Source: Tubiluchus corallicola (Eukaryota > Animalia > Priapulida). From it: 44,004 nucleotides of DNA. Location: the NCBI GenBank assembly GCA_030141605.1, contig JAQGDQ010001372.1:1-44004 (forward strand), read 5' to 3'. The position numbers and the translations under genes were made by a program. The notes below the pieces were generated by a model, which was not told the origin of the DNA, ran no database searches, and worked only from the letters and a program-made list of their open reading frames with translations. This document shows positions 24,886 to 36,779 of this stretch, one piece after another. Numbering within the stretch: position 1 is the stretch's first letter; the number at the start of each line of letters is the position of its first letter.

Positions 24886-25001
24886 CTAAAAACACAAAGT
24901 TTCTCTTGCCAAATCATGCAATAATCTTAAGTTAATGAAGCCAGGTGATCCGTTTAGCACTAAAAACACAAAGTTTCTCTTGCCAAATCATGCAATAATC
25001 T
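24854..25001 (-). repeat. 74-bp tandem duplication spanning the ATIC exon 7 acceptor
   Basis: taagttaatgaagccaggtgatccgttta(a/g)cactaaaaacacaaagtttctcttgccaaatcatgcaataatct occurs twice. Confidence 0.95.
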
Positions 25002-25047
25002 TTCCCATCAATCGAGTGTTAAATACTGAATGACATGCTCTTTAAAT

Positions 25048-25529
25048 CAGGGGTGTGCAAATTGTGGCCCGCCGAGAGAATTTGTGCGGCTCGCGAAGAG
25101 ATTTGTCAACCTAATGAAAGTGCGGCCCGGACGATTAATTGAGTGTATCCAGCTGAAGTCCGTGCCACGAACCCAAAGATAGTGCGGGTAGTTTTTTCTA
25201 CTAGATCGGATGCCATTAACACTTACAAGACGGTTGTAGCTTAATAACACTGTACTACACAGATTGTGTGATACACATTACTAATATGCATTGTAATGAA
25301 ATTACTACTATCTGTCCTGAAAGTAGAAATATATGGTTTGTAATATAAATTTTAATAACTTCTAAAATAGTTTCTTGAGTGTAGTAGTAATCATGTACGC
25401 AGGTCGGACGCAAAAAAATCGTTATTAGGCCTTTCTGTACTTGGCTCCTTGATCAAACTGCCTGTGGCCCGCAGGAATTGCGGGAAAGTTTAATGTGGCC
25501 CGGCTAGTCAGATAATTTGCACACCCCTG
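25048..25529 (+). mobile_element. hAT-like MITE, copy 3
   Basis: Same TIRs and nearly the same interior as copy 1; flanks ctttaaat/gtttaaac. Confidence 0.85.
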
Positions 25530-26058
25530 GTTTAAACCTTCTCAGTTTGAGGACAAACAAGTGCACAAAAAATAGCTGTTAAATGATTGAACAGCTTGAA
25601 AATAAATCTATTGAAATAAATGTTAACATTTCGACCTGGTGAAGAATTTTGATGTCAATTATTGACAGTAGTATGATCAATTTACATCTGCACCACCCTT
25701 TTGGATTAGTATCAAAAAAAAATTTCAAACCGTCGGAAGTAAATCATTTAGTCAGTAAGTACACGCTACATCTGTTAAAGGCGAAATGCAAATTCACGGT
25801 AAATACCCAACACCTTTTACGAAAAAAACCCGCGAAGAAACTAGGACAACGTTAAGAGATCCACGATTTAGCATTTATGCAAAAAATGTATCATAAATTA
25901 TCATCGATTTTTTTCTGATTCTCGTCAAATTCTAACCCTAGAAATCAAAATTCGTTAAAAAAATGCATCACCACACGAATCTGTTTCAAAACAACCCGTG
26001 ATTCTAATGGCCGGGAGATCGGTGGCAATATCAAACGCTAAAATAAGTTTCTCCGCTT

Positions 26059-26216
26059 AACAGGAAGCCATTTTTTACAGGAAGCCAATTTTTTACAGGA
26101 AGCCATTTTTTACAGGAAGCCAATTTTTTACAGGAAGCCAATTTTTTACAGGAAGCCAATTTTTATGGGAAGCCAAGTTTGTACAGGAAGACAATTTTTT
26201 ACAGGAAGACAATTTT
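26059..26216. repeat. 17-19-bp minisatellite, about 9 copies
   Basis: acaggaagccaatttttt. Confidence 0.9.
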
Positions 26217-26261
26217 CAAAATCAGTACCCATTCACTTTTACACAAGACGATTATGGATAC

Positions 26262-26418
26262 CTTCAATAGGCAGCCGTTGAGACATCGCGTAGACTTGTG
26301 CTGGCCTCTGGTGGGGGTTCATCCCGTAGCGCAGCGGCAGCTGTAGGTCGCCGTGACCGTACTGTCGACGGAAGTGATCGGCGATCGCAGCATCGTACCG
26401 GCAGGTATAAGAAAATGC
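26262..26418 (-). CDS. ATIC: ATIC exon 6
   Basis: [20 protein letters not shown]...[15 protein letters not shown] (PurH LRYG.NPHQ motif); 157 nt. Confidence 0.95.
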
Positions 26419-26534
26419 CTAAACAGGTAAAAAATGTAGCTGTTTAATGTGACGCAAATTTAGTTATATTACAGTGACCTGAACGAACAATGAGGGAAAT
26501 CTTTTTTAGAGAAAATCATAGTGACTGCTTTGTA

Positions 26535-27218
26535 AACAGCGGCAACAACATTCTACAGCGGCAACAACAACAGCAACAACATTCTATAGCGGCAACAACA
26601 ACAGCAAAAACATTCTACAGCAGCAACAGCTACACCACCACCAACAACAACAGCAAAAACAACATGCTACAGCAACAGTGAGAGTAACAACAACAGCAAC
26701 AACATTCTATAGCGGCAACAACAACAGCAAAAACATTCTACAGCAGCAACAGCTACACCACCACCAACAACAGAACAACATGATACAGCAGCAGCAGCAA
26801 TAACAACAGCAAAAACATTCTACAGCAGCAACAGCTACAACACCACCAACAACAACAGCAAAAACAACTTGCTACAGCAACAGTGAGAGTAACAACAACA
26901 GCAACAACTTGCTACAGCAGCAACAGCTACACAACCATCACCACCACCAACAACAGCAACAACAACATGCTACAGCAGCAGCAGCAGCAGCAATAACAAC
27001 AGCAACAACATTCTACTGCAGCAACAGCTACAACACCACCACCAACAACAGCAACAACATTCTACAGCAGCAACAGCTACAACACCACCAACAACAGCAA
27101 AAACAACATGCTACAGCAACAGTGAGAGTAACAACAACAGCAACAACATGCTACAGCAACAGTGAGAGTAACAACAACAGCAACAACATCCTACAGCAGC
27201 AACAACATACTACAGCTA
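26535..27218. repeat. Degenerate CAA/CAG-rich repeat
   Basis: Modules such as acagcaacaacattctacagc and cagtgagagtaacaacaacag. Confidence 0.9.
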
Positions 27219-27480
27219 CGCAGAGAATTAGCGCAGCAAAACAGTTTTCTACTCCTGTCCCCTTTTCTCTACGAAACTACCTACGAGAAAGAGGTCACTC
27301 TCCTTCTCCTTCGAGACATTTTTTTACAATATTTGTAATTTAAAAATGCTTTGTTACATTTTTGCATAATTATGACTATAACTGATAATAAAGATCCAGC
27401 TTAAAATTCATTGAATTACATATTTATTATTGTATTCAAACTCAAACTCAAACTCTTCCTAGTTTGCCAAAGTACTTTAA

Positions 27481-27939
27481 CCCTTTCAGTCCCAAATTAT
27501 TTTTTTAATAAGAAAATTTTTTTTGGCTTGGTACTTTTGTTCAGTATGTCCATCTTGTTTACACATAATAATTATTTTTTCTACCTGTGCCCGTGTGCTA
27601 AATATAGCCTGTATCCCACGGGATACATTGGGATTCAATGGAAGCATAAAATGTGCTTCATTTTGCAACTGCTGATAATTTTTTAAAGTATTTAAGACAT
27701 TTAGTATGCACGCTATGCTGATCTGTACAAAGTCGTCTCTAAAGTACTGTACCTTGTGCAGTTTTTTATGCTATGTAAATTTTCTAGTTTGCCATTTTAT
27801 CACCATTTTTAGTCTATTGTTATTGGCTTAAATCAAAATAACTATTAACAGATCAAATAACTGTCAGTTTTAAAATTTTATTAATTTTAAAGGCAGAAAA
27901 TATTCTCGTATCCCACCGGATACAACGGGTGTGAAAGGG
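27481..27939 (+). mobile_element. piggyBac-like non-autonomous element, copy 2
   Basis: TTAA|CCCTTTCA ... TGAAAGGG|TTAA; TTAA TSD with CCC/GGG termini. Confidence 0.85.
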
Positions 27940-28136
27940 TTAAGTGAAGCCGTAACTTGACCACAGCTAAGGTTTTGCAAACAAGCATCTCGACAAGCAG
28001 ACTCGCACACAGCTAGGCTGACGTGCGGTCTGACATGCAGCACATTTACCGGAGAAGCCGACAGACAAGCTGACGTGTTGCAGAGATGCAGCAAGACAGC
28101 AGGCAAGCAGCAAAGCTAACGATTAGGACAGTGTAC

Positions 28137-28209
28137 CTTTAAGGCAAGTTGTTGCCTTGTACCCAAGCTGGTATCACGCCGTACCGATTCAGACATTTCT
28201 TTGCCAATT
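28137..28209 (-). CDS. ATIC: ATIC exon 5
   Basis: gatAG|A ATT GGC AAA GAA ATG ... DTSLGTRQQLALK|GTac; 73 nt; not in the ORF track. Confidence 0.9.
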
Positions 28210-30048
28210 CTATCAACAAGGGATTTTTAGAAAGGATTAAAGGACAAGACAATAAATAAAGGTTCAAAAATTCGTCTTGAAATTTTACTTACATGGTATC
28301 TTATTGCATACAGAGCTTGCCTTAGCAGCAACCCTGTACAAAACTTGTCAATTTAAATTCTTGTGATGACCGTTAGACGCAGCCATTTTAATGATGAATT
28401 GTTTGAAACAAATTTAGAAGACATTCCGTAAAGTTTGAAAAAATAATCGGAACATTCATAGCCCAGTCTTTACTAACTCAGCCAAATTTTAAACAACTTT
28501 ATAACGTCAATAAAATCAATAATGTTTTTTTTTTGGTGAATCACTGATGCACACTGGGATGGTGAGCCAGTGATTTTTCACCAGGTGACGTGAGTATATT
28601 AAATGATTAAGAATTTCATGTTTCAATAACATAAGTCTTTGAAACGGGTAAGCATATAATGCTAAGTAATATAACTTTGTACGGAAAGTTTTTTGGTGCA
28701 TACTTTAAAATTCACTTTTAAAATAAAAACAGCTTTTTTCGTTTTCTCATTTAGTTGAAAAAATGTGATTTCGTGTGCAACAAAATAGTTAAATAGAACC
28801 ATTTGCCAGTTTCACCAGTTTCTAAGAGTTGTGTTAAATGGTAAATGTCATCATTTGCAAGTTCATCTGCAGGTAGTCGAAAATTATTTGGCTTTAAAAG
28901 ATATAAGAAATCTCTTCTGCTGAAATCTTACTTATTATCCATTTTTGGGTTTTGTCGATAGTCACAGTAAATACTGCAACAGGTTATTTTGTATTTTACA
29001 TTTTCCTACTTTTTCATCGCGTCTCTGCTGCACTTCTTTCTAATTCATTTCTTTTCTCTTTTTCCCGTATCTCTGTCTACTATTTTATCTTAACTACTCC
29101 CTGTTTTTCTATAATTCTCTCTCTTGTAAATTAAGTCGTTTTTTTCACTTTTCATGGTTGTCTTACAAGCTTTGCTTCTTGACCACCATGCAGCATCTAT
29201 TTCTTGTTGACAAACTATTATGTAGTTTAGTAACTATATTAATATACTTCTGTTAAATTTTTGTAATTATATTTGGAATTTTTCCCTAACTATATCATGC
29301 TATAGTATTATTAATGTAGTTCTGTTACAATTATTGTAACTATATTTCATTTTCTAGTTGTAGGGCATAATAGTTGAAGATGATAATGCAAATTGTAATG
29401 TAAAAATACATGCTGAAGTGATAATAAATTACAAAAATTACAAATTGACTGTTTGACTTTGCTTAATTAATTCAATACACAAAACTAATTACGACTCTCA
29501 TTTCCTTCTATTTTTTAGACAAATTGATTTTACTAAATTGCCACATCCTTTGATAAATTTGAGCGCAGGTGTCATCGTACTTATAGTGTCAGTACATATG
29601 CAGCACATCTTAAGCAGGTTCGCCGGTAATTGCGCTTTTAGACGAGTTTCGTTTTCATCGAAAATTATCAAGTTTCGTAGACAAAACTTTCGCTAGCATT
29701 TTTCCGAGGATTTAGTAGTGCTATCCGTTCTCCTGTATGTTAAAAATACCTGAAATATTTTGTTAAAACGTTAAAATGAACGTAAATATCGTTTATTTGA
29801 CTTTCTAACAAATTGTCCCATGCTTTTTTACAGCAATGCGGCACATCTTCACTACTGACGACCGTGAAGCTTCGAGATCACCAGGCATAATCAGCCGAAA
29901 TATCAAAAGATATTTTGAATAAAACAAGGTTGAGTTTTATAATTTTGTAACCTGTTTTAACAGATACACTGAGTATTTCTACTTGCAAATGTTCAATGTA
30001 ACAAAATATTGACGTAACAACAGAAATTTCTCATTGGCCAGCAAGTTA

Positions 30049-30391
30049 CAGTCAACCCTTGTTAAACCGGACTAATTGGGGGGTGGGGGGGGGGGGGGGT
30101 GGTCCAGTTTAGCCGATTGTCCGATTCATCCGATATGCCTATATATATGGTCTATATTATACAGGAATAATCACCTTAATAAGGCCTATATACATTGCAC
30201 TATATACTATACTGTATATTACTTTAAAATAGTTAACCTGTGAGGATAAAGAAATTATTGTACAGTTGGTACGCCGTGTTGTGTTTAGCGCTCTGGCTCG
30301 GACGGAAATCGGTCAGTTTCCTTTACCACGGATGACGTCCGTCTTATCCGATATCCGGGCTAACGGGGTCCGGTTTAACGAGGGTAGACTG
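30049..30391. mobile_element. Tc1/pogo (Tigger-like) MITE
   Basis: TA|CAGTCAACCCTTGTTAAACCGGAC ... GTCCGGTTTAACGAGGGTAGACTG|TA. Confidence 0.85.
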
Positions 30392-30502
30392 TAATGAAGT
30401 ACAAGAGCAAAACTTGCAATTGCATTATTTACAGTTGCAATTGCATTATTTACAGTTGCAAGATTTTACTAAAAAAACGTTATGACTGTGACTAGTTATT
30501 AC

Positions 30503-30737
30503 TTTCTATAATCAGCTGGATCGCAGACCACCGTTACACGTCCGTAATTCTTTGCTCCAGCACGCAAAAGGGTCACTCCGCCGATGTCGATCCGTTCCAC
30601 GGCGTCCTCGCGGATCGCGTGCGAATTCGACGCCGCTTCCGCGAACGGGTAGAGGTTGCATACGACGACGCGAACAAGTCGATAACCGTGTGCGACCACG
30701 GCGCCAGTATCTTCCTGTGTTGATCGAGCCAGAATTC
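30503..30737 (-). CDS. ATIC: ATIC exon 4 (alternative in-frame acceptors upstream, see findings)
   Basis: GILAR...VVCNLYPF...[26 protein letters not shown]; 235 nt. Confidence 0.92.
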
Positions 30738-30932
30738 CTGTAAATGAAAGAATTCCTGTAAATGAAAGAAGCCGTGATTTACTACACAGCAGTACAGTAG
30801 CGTTGCATACGACGATGCGAACAAGTTGATAACCGTGTGCGACCACGTCGACAATATCTTCCCGTGTTGATCGAGCCAGAATTCCTGTAAATGAAAGAAG
30901 CTGTGATTTACTACACAGCAGTGCAGTAGCAT
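30655..30932 (-). repeat. Duplication of the ATIC exon 4 acceptor plus about 83 nt of exon, with a nested 18-bp acceptor duplication
   Basis: ctttcatttacAG|gaattct occurs three times (AG at 30738-39, 30756-57 and 30885-86). Confidence 0.93.
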
Positions 30933-31771
30933 TGCTAATAGCACATAGGACAGGGTTGGTTTTTCATGCTCATTCTGTTACTTTATACAATTAAAAAAAA
31001 CATTTATATTTAAAACACCAGATTTATCAAAACCTTAAATTTACATAGTTAAAAATCGTGTCAACACACTGAATATCTTACAGTAGCACTGTACCTCAAT
31101 TTTCATTTTTGCAAACATGTGCAACATGCTAGTGGAATATTTTTGCTATTGAAAATTAAGTTAGTTTGTGATGTCATCAATAGATGGGCTCGGCTGCCGT
31201 TAAACAAGTTTTTAATGTATTATTACCAGAAATGCTTTTGAGGTATTAATTGTGTTAAAATGTGTACTTTTTATGTGACTTGAAAATGGGGTAGTATATG
31301 AAAAATCATCAGTGGCTACTGCTGTCATCAACAGTGGTAAATTTTTACAAACATACAACCAGTTTATATAGGTAGAGCCTATAGTATAGAACATTATGCA
31401 CTAATTATGTATTTAACAGAAGCCAAATAGGTAATGAATAAGCAGACCAGTAGAAAAGAAATTGATACAATAAATTATGCACTAATTATGTATTTACAAA
31501 AAGCCAAATACCCATTCCATTTTGCTGTCGTGGCTGTGACAAGTTATATATTAGCCATACCGGGAGACAAGATGCTTATTCAGTGCTTTTTCAACGACAA
31601 AGCCTACGCAGGTAAACAGCTGGATTCAATAGGGCGAACAAAACGGCCCAGAAAGAGAATCTAAACCAGCCTTGGAGCAGGCCTTGACATCCGTTGCCAA
31701 TCACAGTGCCGTGACAACTTAGCTATGCAGCTCACGTTGCCTTTTGCTTACAAAAACTGTAGATGGTGTAC

Positions 31772-31848
31772 CTGCATGTATAGCCGGGTGAAGTGTCTTA
31801 ACTCGACCACCAAGTAGTTCTGGAACTCCAGTAATTTCGCAAACATCA
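31772..31848 (-). CDS. ATIC: ATIC exon 3
   Basis: [25 protein letters not shown] (PurH GRVKTLHP motif); 77 nt, phases 2 and 1. Confidence 0.95.
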
Positions 31849-32178
31849 CTGAAAAGAGATGTACATCGTTCTCTCAGTTTAGAAGTGTTCACTTGTGATG
31901 TAGTGCACATGTTTAAGAGCTCATATGTGAACACAGCGGTAAACTTGAAATTTGAATTTTAAACTTAAAATACGCCGGGCAGTTGGGCACCACACTGGCT
32001 GTTAATAAAGTTTTTAACCTAATTAATTAATTAATAATTTACTAATAATAGTAATAATATTAATAATTACTTAATTAACAAAAACGCTTTGGCATCATTT
32101 TTAGTTTAGAATGAAAACAAAACCTTTTAATGATATAAAGGTCTAAAATAATGTCACAAATTTGGACAAAGGAGTTAT

Positions 32179-32548
32179 TGTTGTGTTTTGTTTCTCTCGG
32201 AAGGCTCGTGGGGAAAACCAGAAAACACTTCGTCAAATTAAACTAGTTTATTAAGCAAGAATTCTACAACACAAAAGTATGAAGTAACGCGAAATGATTA
32301 AACTAAACGTGAAAATCTGGAAAACGTTTGAGTGTATCTGAAAATACAACTATACAAGAGAATGTATAAGTCTGCATCAGTGTGAATCTGCGTGTGTGTC
32401 TCAGCGGCCAGCTTCGCCTTATATAGCGTGCTGGGGAACATTCTAGACGAGTCTTTCTAGAACATTCTACAAGGTAAGACGATTATTCTAATGGAACATT
32501 CTACAATGTTCTATTTAATTCTAATAGATGCCAGCGATCTCCACAACA
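32179..32548 (-). mobile_element. Solo LTR (370 bp) with a perfect 5-bp TSD
   Basis: gttat|TGTTGTG ... CACAACA|gttat; minus-strand TATATAAG (about 32418-32425) and AATAAA (about 32247-32252). Confidence 0.8.
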
Positions 32549-33486
32549 GTTATGAGCCTATAAAGTGCGAAACTGGTATAAATTTCAGGCTTAAAAATAA
32601 ATGACTAGTTGGCAAAAGTAATGAATCAGATGCCACAAAATTTATGAAACTGGACGCTTTATCGAAAATTTAACAATATGGACTGGTACAGCAAACTAGG
32701 ATATGTACGAAATTTCCCTACTCATTGTGCCATTCAAACCTTCTCATGACCTTGAGCTGCGACATACAGTTCCTCGTTGAGCATGCTCAGTAAACTAGCT
32801 GTGAAAAACAGTTACTAAGGAAAAGCACCGCACTTGTACAAAGTCATTGCTGTGGTAATAATGTGCTTCTTTTCTTACATCTCTTGGTTTGCATACGACT
32901 GATATTACAGATATAAAATAGATACAAAAAAAAATAAAATGCACTGGCCGGCTGTGTTCAATTTCGTCAGCTCTGCCACGTGTTTTTGACAGTGTAGCTG
33001 TCGTGAATCAGTTAAATATTCCAGAGCAACGTAGGGAACAGCAGTTTTCATTCTTTTTATTAATGTGAAACTATTTGGTAAGGAGGCAGGCGGAGGAGTT
33101 GGGAACTACTTTTCAGCAGACGGAAAGAAAACCGCTTCTGTGTTAAATTTTTTACAGATTTTGGTGTTATTTTGTATCTTTATACGTTTTAATAAAAGCG
33201 TTGAGTTCTGATTAACCCAGGTGTCTGAAGCATTTATTTTCACCTGCCTGCGTTTATTTTTATTTGCAGGTTGTCGTCTTGTTTGAAACAAGCACTAACC
33301 CGATTATCAGAGGGGGACGTCTATTCCCTTTCCCCACCGCAAAGGTAAACTTTTTTGTTAAATTTAATCATCAATGACCAACGCCAATGCCTGGTAGAAG
33401 TTCTACTCGGAACGTAAAAGGAGGGCATTTTCTATAATAGCGTTAACTTGTATACAATCTTTAACACCTGTGTAATAAATACGTAC

Positions 33487-33613
33487 GTCACATCCAGATC
33501 AGCTTGGAAAAGAAACCGAGCCGTTCCTCCAGATGCAACCAACTGCAGTCCACATGCTTGCAGCTGCCGAGCAAAATCAGCCAAACCGGTTTTATCCGAC
33601 ACACTCAACAAGG
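33487..33613 (-). CDS. ATIC: ATIC exon 2 (IMP cyclohydrolase domain)
   Basis: [11 protein letters not shown]...LVASGGTA, the PurH N-terminal signature; AG/GT boundaries; 127 nt. Confidence 0.95.
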
Positions 33614-33717
33614 CTAAAAACAAAAGAGTCTTGATTAGTATTCGCTGTTATGAAAAAACTAAAATAAATGATTTCAATAACAAGTTCAAGTACTTATCAT
33701 AAAATTAACAAAATCAC

Positions 33718-33736
33718 CTAGCTCATTTCCCGCCAT
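33718..33736 (-). CDS. ATIC: ATIC/purH coding exon 1 (MAGNEL)
   Basis: ATG GCG GGA AAT GAG CTA G|GTgatt; 19 nt, phase 1, joins exon 2 in frame. Confidence 0.8.
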
Positions 33737-34031
33737 TTAAGTTCTTGCGAGCTTTTGATTTTATTACACTAACTTGTAAAATTCTAAAGATATTATCAAC
33801 ATCTGCTTCGACTGTTGTTCCAATTTCAAAAATCAAAAAGTAAGATAACCTGTTGTCAATTTTTTTATAAACATTTTAATTCTTTTCTAATTTTTTTGTT
33901 TTTTAAGATTTTATATTTTAAAAATCGAGGACTGAAACCTCAACAACGGTGTCAACAAATGGCGGCTCCCGGGAAAGAAAAACGTGGTTAGGCTCTTTGA
34001 GAATAAAATTAGTCTCGCATTAGTTTCTGCG
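33720..34031. promoter_or_regulatory. ATIC/ORC2 bidirectional promoter region
   Basis: Divergent start codons 222-295 bp apart; E2F-type TTTCCCGC at 33726-33733; YY1-like AAATGGCGG in outward orientation at both ends (about 33731-33739 on -, 33957-33965 on +). Confidence 0.7.
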
Positions 34032-34056
34032 ATGGATGTTTCTGAAAGAAAGAAGA
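34032..34056 (+). CDS. ORC2: ORC2 probable coding exon 1 (MDVSERKK)
   Basis: ATG GAT GTT TCT GAA AGA AAG AAG A|GTgagt; strong donor, phase 1. An alternative start at 33959 is possible. Confidence 0.55.
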
Positions 34057-34195
34057 GTGAGTTATAACATAAATAATAAAACATTTAACCATTGTGGTGC
34101 AGCGACAGAAATCTTGTTTTGATTTTATTTTAAAATTATTCTAATTTAGATTTTATTCATTGTGTCATTGCCGAGTGGGTTTTCTTTATATTTAG

Positions 34196-34333
34196 GTTTA
34201 AGACCTCGTGTTACTGGTGCTAAGAAGAATAATTCTCACCAAGCAAAAAGCGTTTCATTTTATAAAGAATCTTCTGACTCTGGCAGCAGTACAGAAGCCT
34301 CTTATTCTGATGATGAAATTCATAAAACAGACG
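34196..34333 (+). CDS. ORC2: ORC2 exon 2 (low-complexity N-terminus)
   Basis: tttAG|GT TTA AGA ... GAC G|GTaact; open, phase 1/1; Ser/acidic-rich. Confidence 0.65.
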
Positions 34334-35961
34334 GTAACTGGTTTATTTGTTTAAATACCTTCGGCAGTCTGCAAATTGGAATTCTGCCTAGATAATGAGG
34401 GCGACAAAGCTCAGTTCTGATCTATTACACGTTTATGGTCAACTTCTTATTTCAGTTATTTTCAGTTTGATTTTTTTTATATTATGCACTTATTATTACT
34501 GTTTATGAATTGTACTAACACGTTATAAGCACATATCAATTTAATGTCATTCGGAACAATTTAGTTTTTATTACAAGCAGTACTAACACTAATACACTGT
34601 AGCATAGCACCTATAAAAAATGTTACTCACTAACCAAAGGGCAGCTGACTAGATGACCAATTGGTCTTTCGCTGCCCTTTCTTCACATTTTTGTTTCCAA
34701 ATTAATTGTATTATAACTGTGCGTGTGTTAAAAGATAAATAAAAGATTATTATTATTATTATTATTATTATTGCACGATGGTGCAGCAGTAAGCTTGAAA
34801 TTTAAATTTTTAAACATAAATTGATCGAGTCGCCGTCATTGTTGTACAGTAGCACTGTACTTCCATTTTCATGTTTGTTCACGCTCGTGCAATGTTTGCA
34901 CTGTTACTAAATTATGCTGAGACTTCCGTTATTAATTAATCCTTTAGACTGTTATTTAATTATCACAAGTACTTTAGCATTATTATTATAAAACCCATTA
35001 TGCATACTCTTTACTTCAGAATGGGGTAAGATGTGAAAAATCGTGTTATTTTCCTTTAATTTAAATTATGAGCCGACATCTGAAATTAATAATATGAATG
35101 GAGAACAAATGCTTAAAATATATAATAATTGTGATTTGTTTTATAAATATATTTTAATATTCATATGCTACATGGTACTATTCGTAGATACTCGATGCAT
35201 TTCTGTTTCCCACCCCCATTTTTCGGTTTTTGCCCCTTCTGGCGTCAGATCTTAATAAATAATGTGTATCTGTTTGCTGTGCTTTGCTCAGCGTCCTGAT
35301 CACGTTCAGTGCATCATATAATTGACCAGTATACTATATAATTGCGCACAGCGACATCTTTGTCAAAAATTTCAATTATCACTTAAAGGGCGCAAACGTT
35401 TTTACACTGAAATATTTAATGCAGAACTTTTTACTCGACATAAGTCACTAAAAACTACCACCAAACGTTCTAAAGCTTATAATCCAGAGAAGAGATTCAC
35501 TTGATGTGCCGTAATTGCCACTATGAACATATATATATATACACTATATATATATATATTGCCACCATATATATATACGGCTCAGCATCAGCACGAATAA
35601 ACACAATGTGTCACGAAAAAGCGGTTACTTAGTTTTACTCTTTTCAAAGTTCTTAGGTTCCTCGGTGAAGCTTGGAATGCTCTGTGTGAATGAAAATAAA
35701 TAATTCAATGAAGAACTTAAATAAAAATTATTAACTTAAATAAAAATTATTAATTACGATTCTGAATAAGGAATTTATACATAAATATTTACTGAAGCCG
35801 GCTGAATATTCCTCCTTGGAGCTCATCATTTTGTCTGCAATTGCGCAAGCAGGCATTTAGGCTGACGCTGGACCATCGATGTAGAATTATTAGAAATATT
35901 TTAAGATATTTTTTTTATAATTTGACTGAGTTACTAAAATCATTGTTCTATTTTCATTCAG

Positions 35962-36054
35962 TAAATCTTGAAGATGAAGAAGACATTGTTTTAATGGGTA
36001 GTGATGTTTTCCAATTCCAGACACCTAAACGGAAGAAAGCTGTTTCATCGAAAT
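35962..36054 (+). CDS. ORC2: ORC2 exon 3
   Basis: NLEDEEDIVLMGSDVFQFQTPKRKKAVSSK, containing a CDK-type TPKR; AG/GTAAGT boundaries, phase 1/1. Confidence 0.75.
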
Positions 36055-36131
36055 GTAAGTCAAACTCGCAAAAATTCATTACTTATCCTATGTTAGTACA
36101 AGTGCTAGAGCCAACTGACTGTGCACTGTAC

Positions 36132-36779
36132 AAGGCCGGAACTAGATGTGGCAAGCAGGGGGGGGGGGGCGCGGTATCCGAAGTGGTTAAATAATGGTTA
36201 AGCCAGTTTTAACCCCTTTTATACTGCATGCAGGCCTATAATTAGCATGTGTGTAGGACGGCGTAGCGGACAGAGCAATAATGAGAAAATTAACTCTCAG
36301 TTAACCTAACGTTATTAATGTGCCTCTAACTAAATTGTTATTTACAGAAATTTATCACACACAAGTTTTAAGAAAATAATACGCAGGAAATAATGTCAAA
36401 ATGAAATGTGGAACGATACTTCCTTGGACAAAAAAGTCTAAAGTTTTCAAAAAGTCTCAAATTTCAGCATGGTACCGCTGCTACACCAGCGTCCTATAGC
36501 TGTGCACACAGACCTGTTGGCCTGTGTGTAGAGCCTGTGACTGTGTGTGGTCCCTGTAGGCCTACACTGTGATAGGCACCTCTATGCTCACAGAGTTTTG
36601 TCTGCACGCACACTGAAGCTACCAAACATTTTTTTACCTAATTCTGATTCATATTGAAAATGATTACATGCAAACTGCAATTTTCACTGCAAAAAAAATA
36701 TTTGTGCGATTTTGCAGGGGAGGGCGCGCAAATTTTGACAAGGGGGGCGTGCGCCCCCGCTCCCCCTAGTTCCGCCCCT
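36132..36779. mobile_element. Possible PIF/Harbinger-like MITE
   Basis: Imperfect TIR aaggccggaactag / ctagttccgcccct with G-rich subtermini; TSD unclear. Confidence 0.45.

Noticed and set aside
14424-33736. Horizontally acquired bacterial purH, or a pseudogene
   Set aside because: It has 13 canonical GT-AG introns, an uninterrupted frame of about 592 codons, animal-type sequence and intact catalytic motifs (KH, QSNS, RLFHH).
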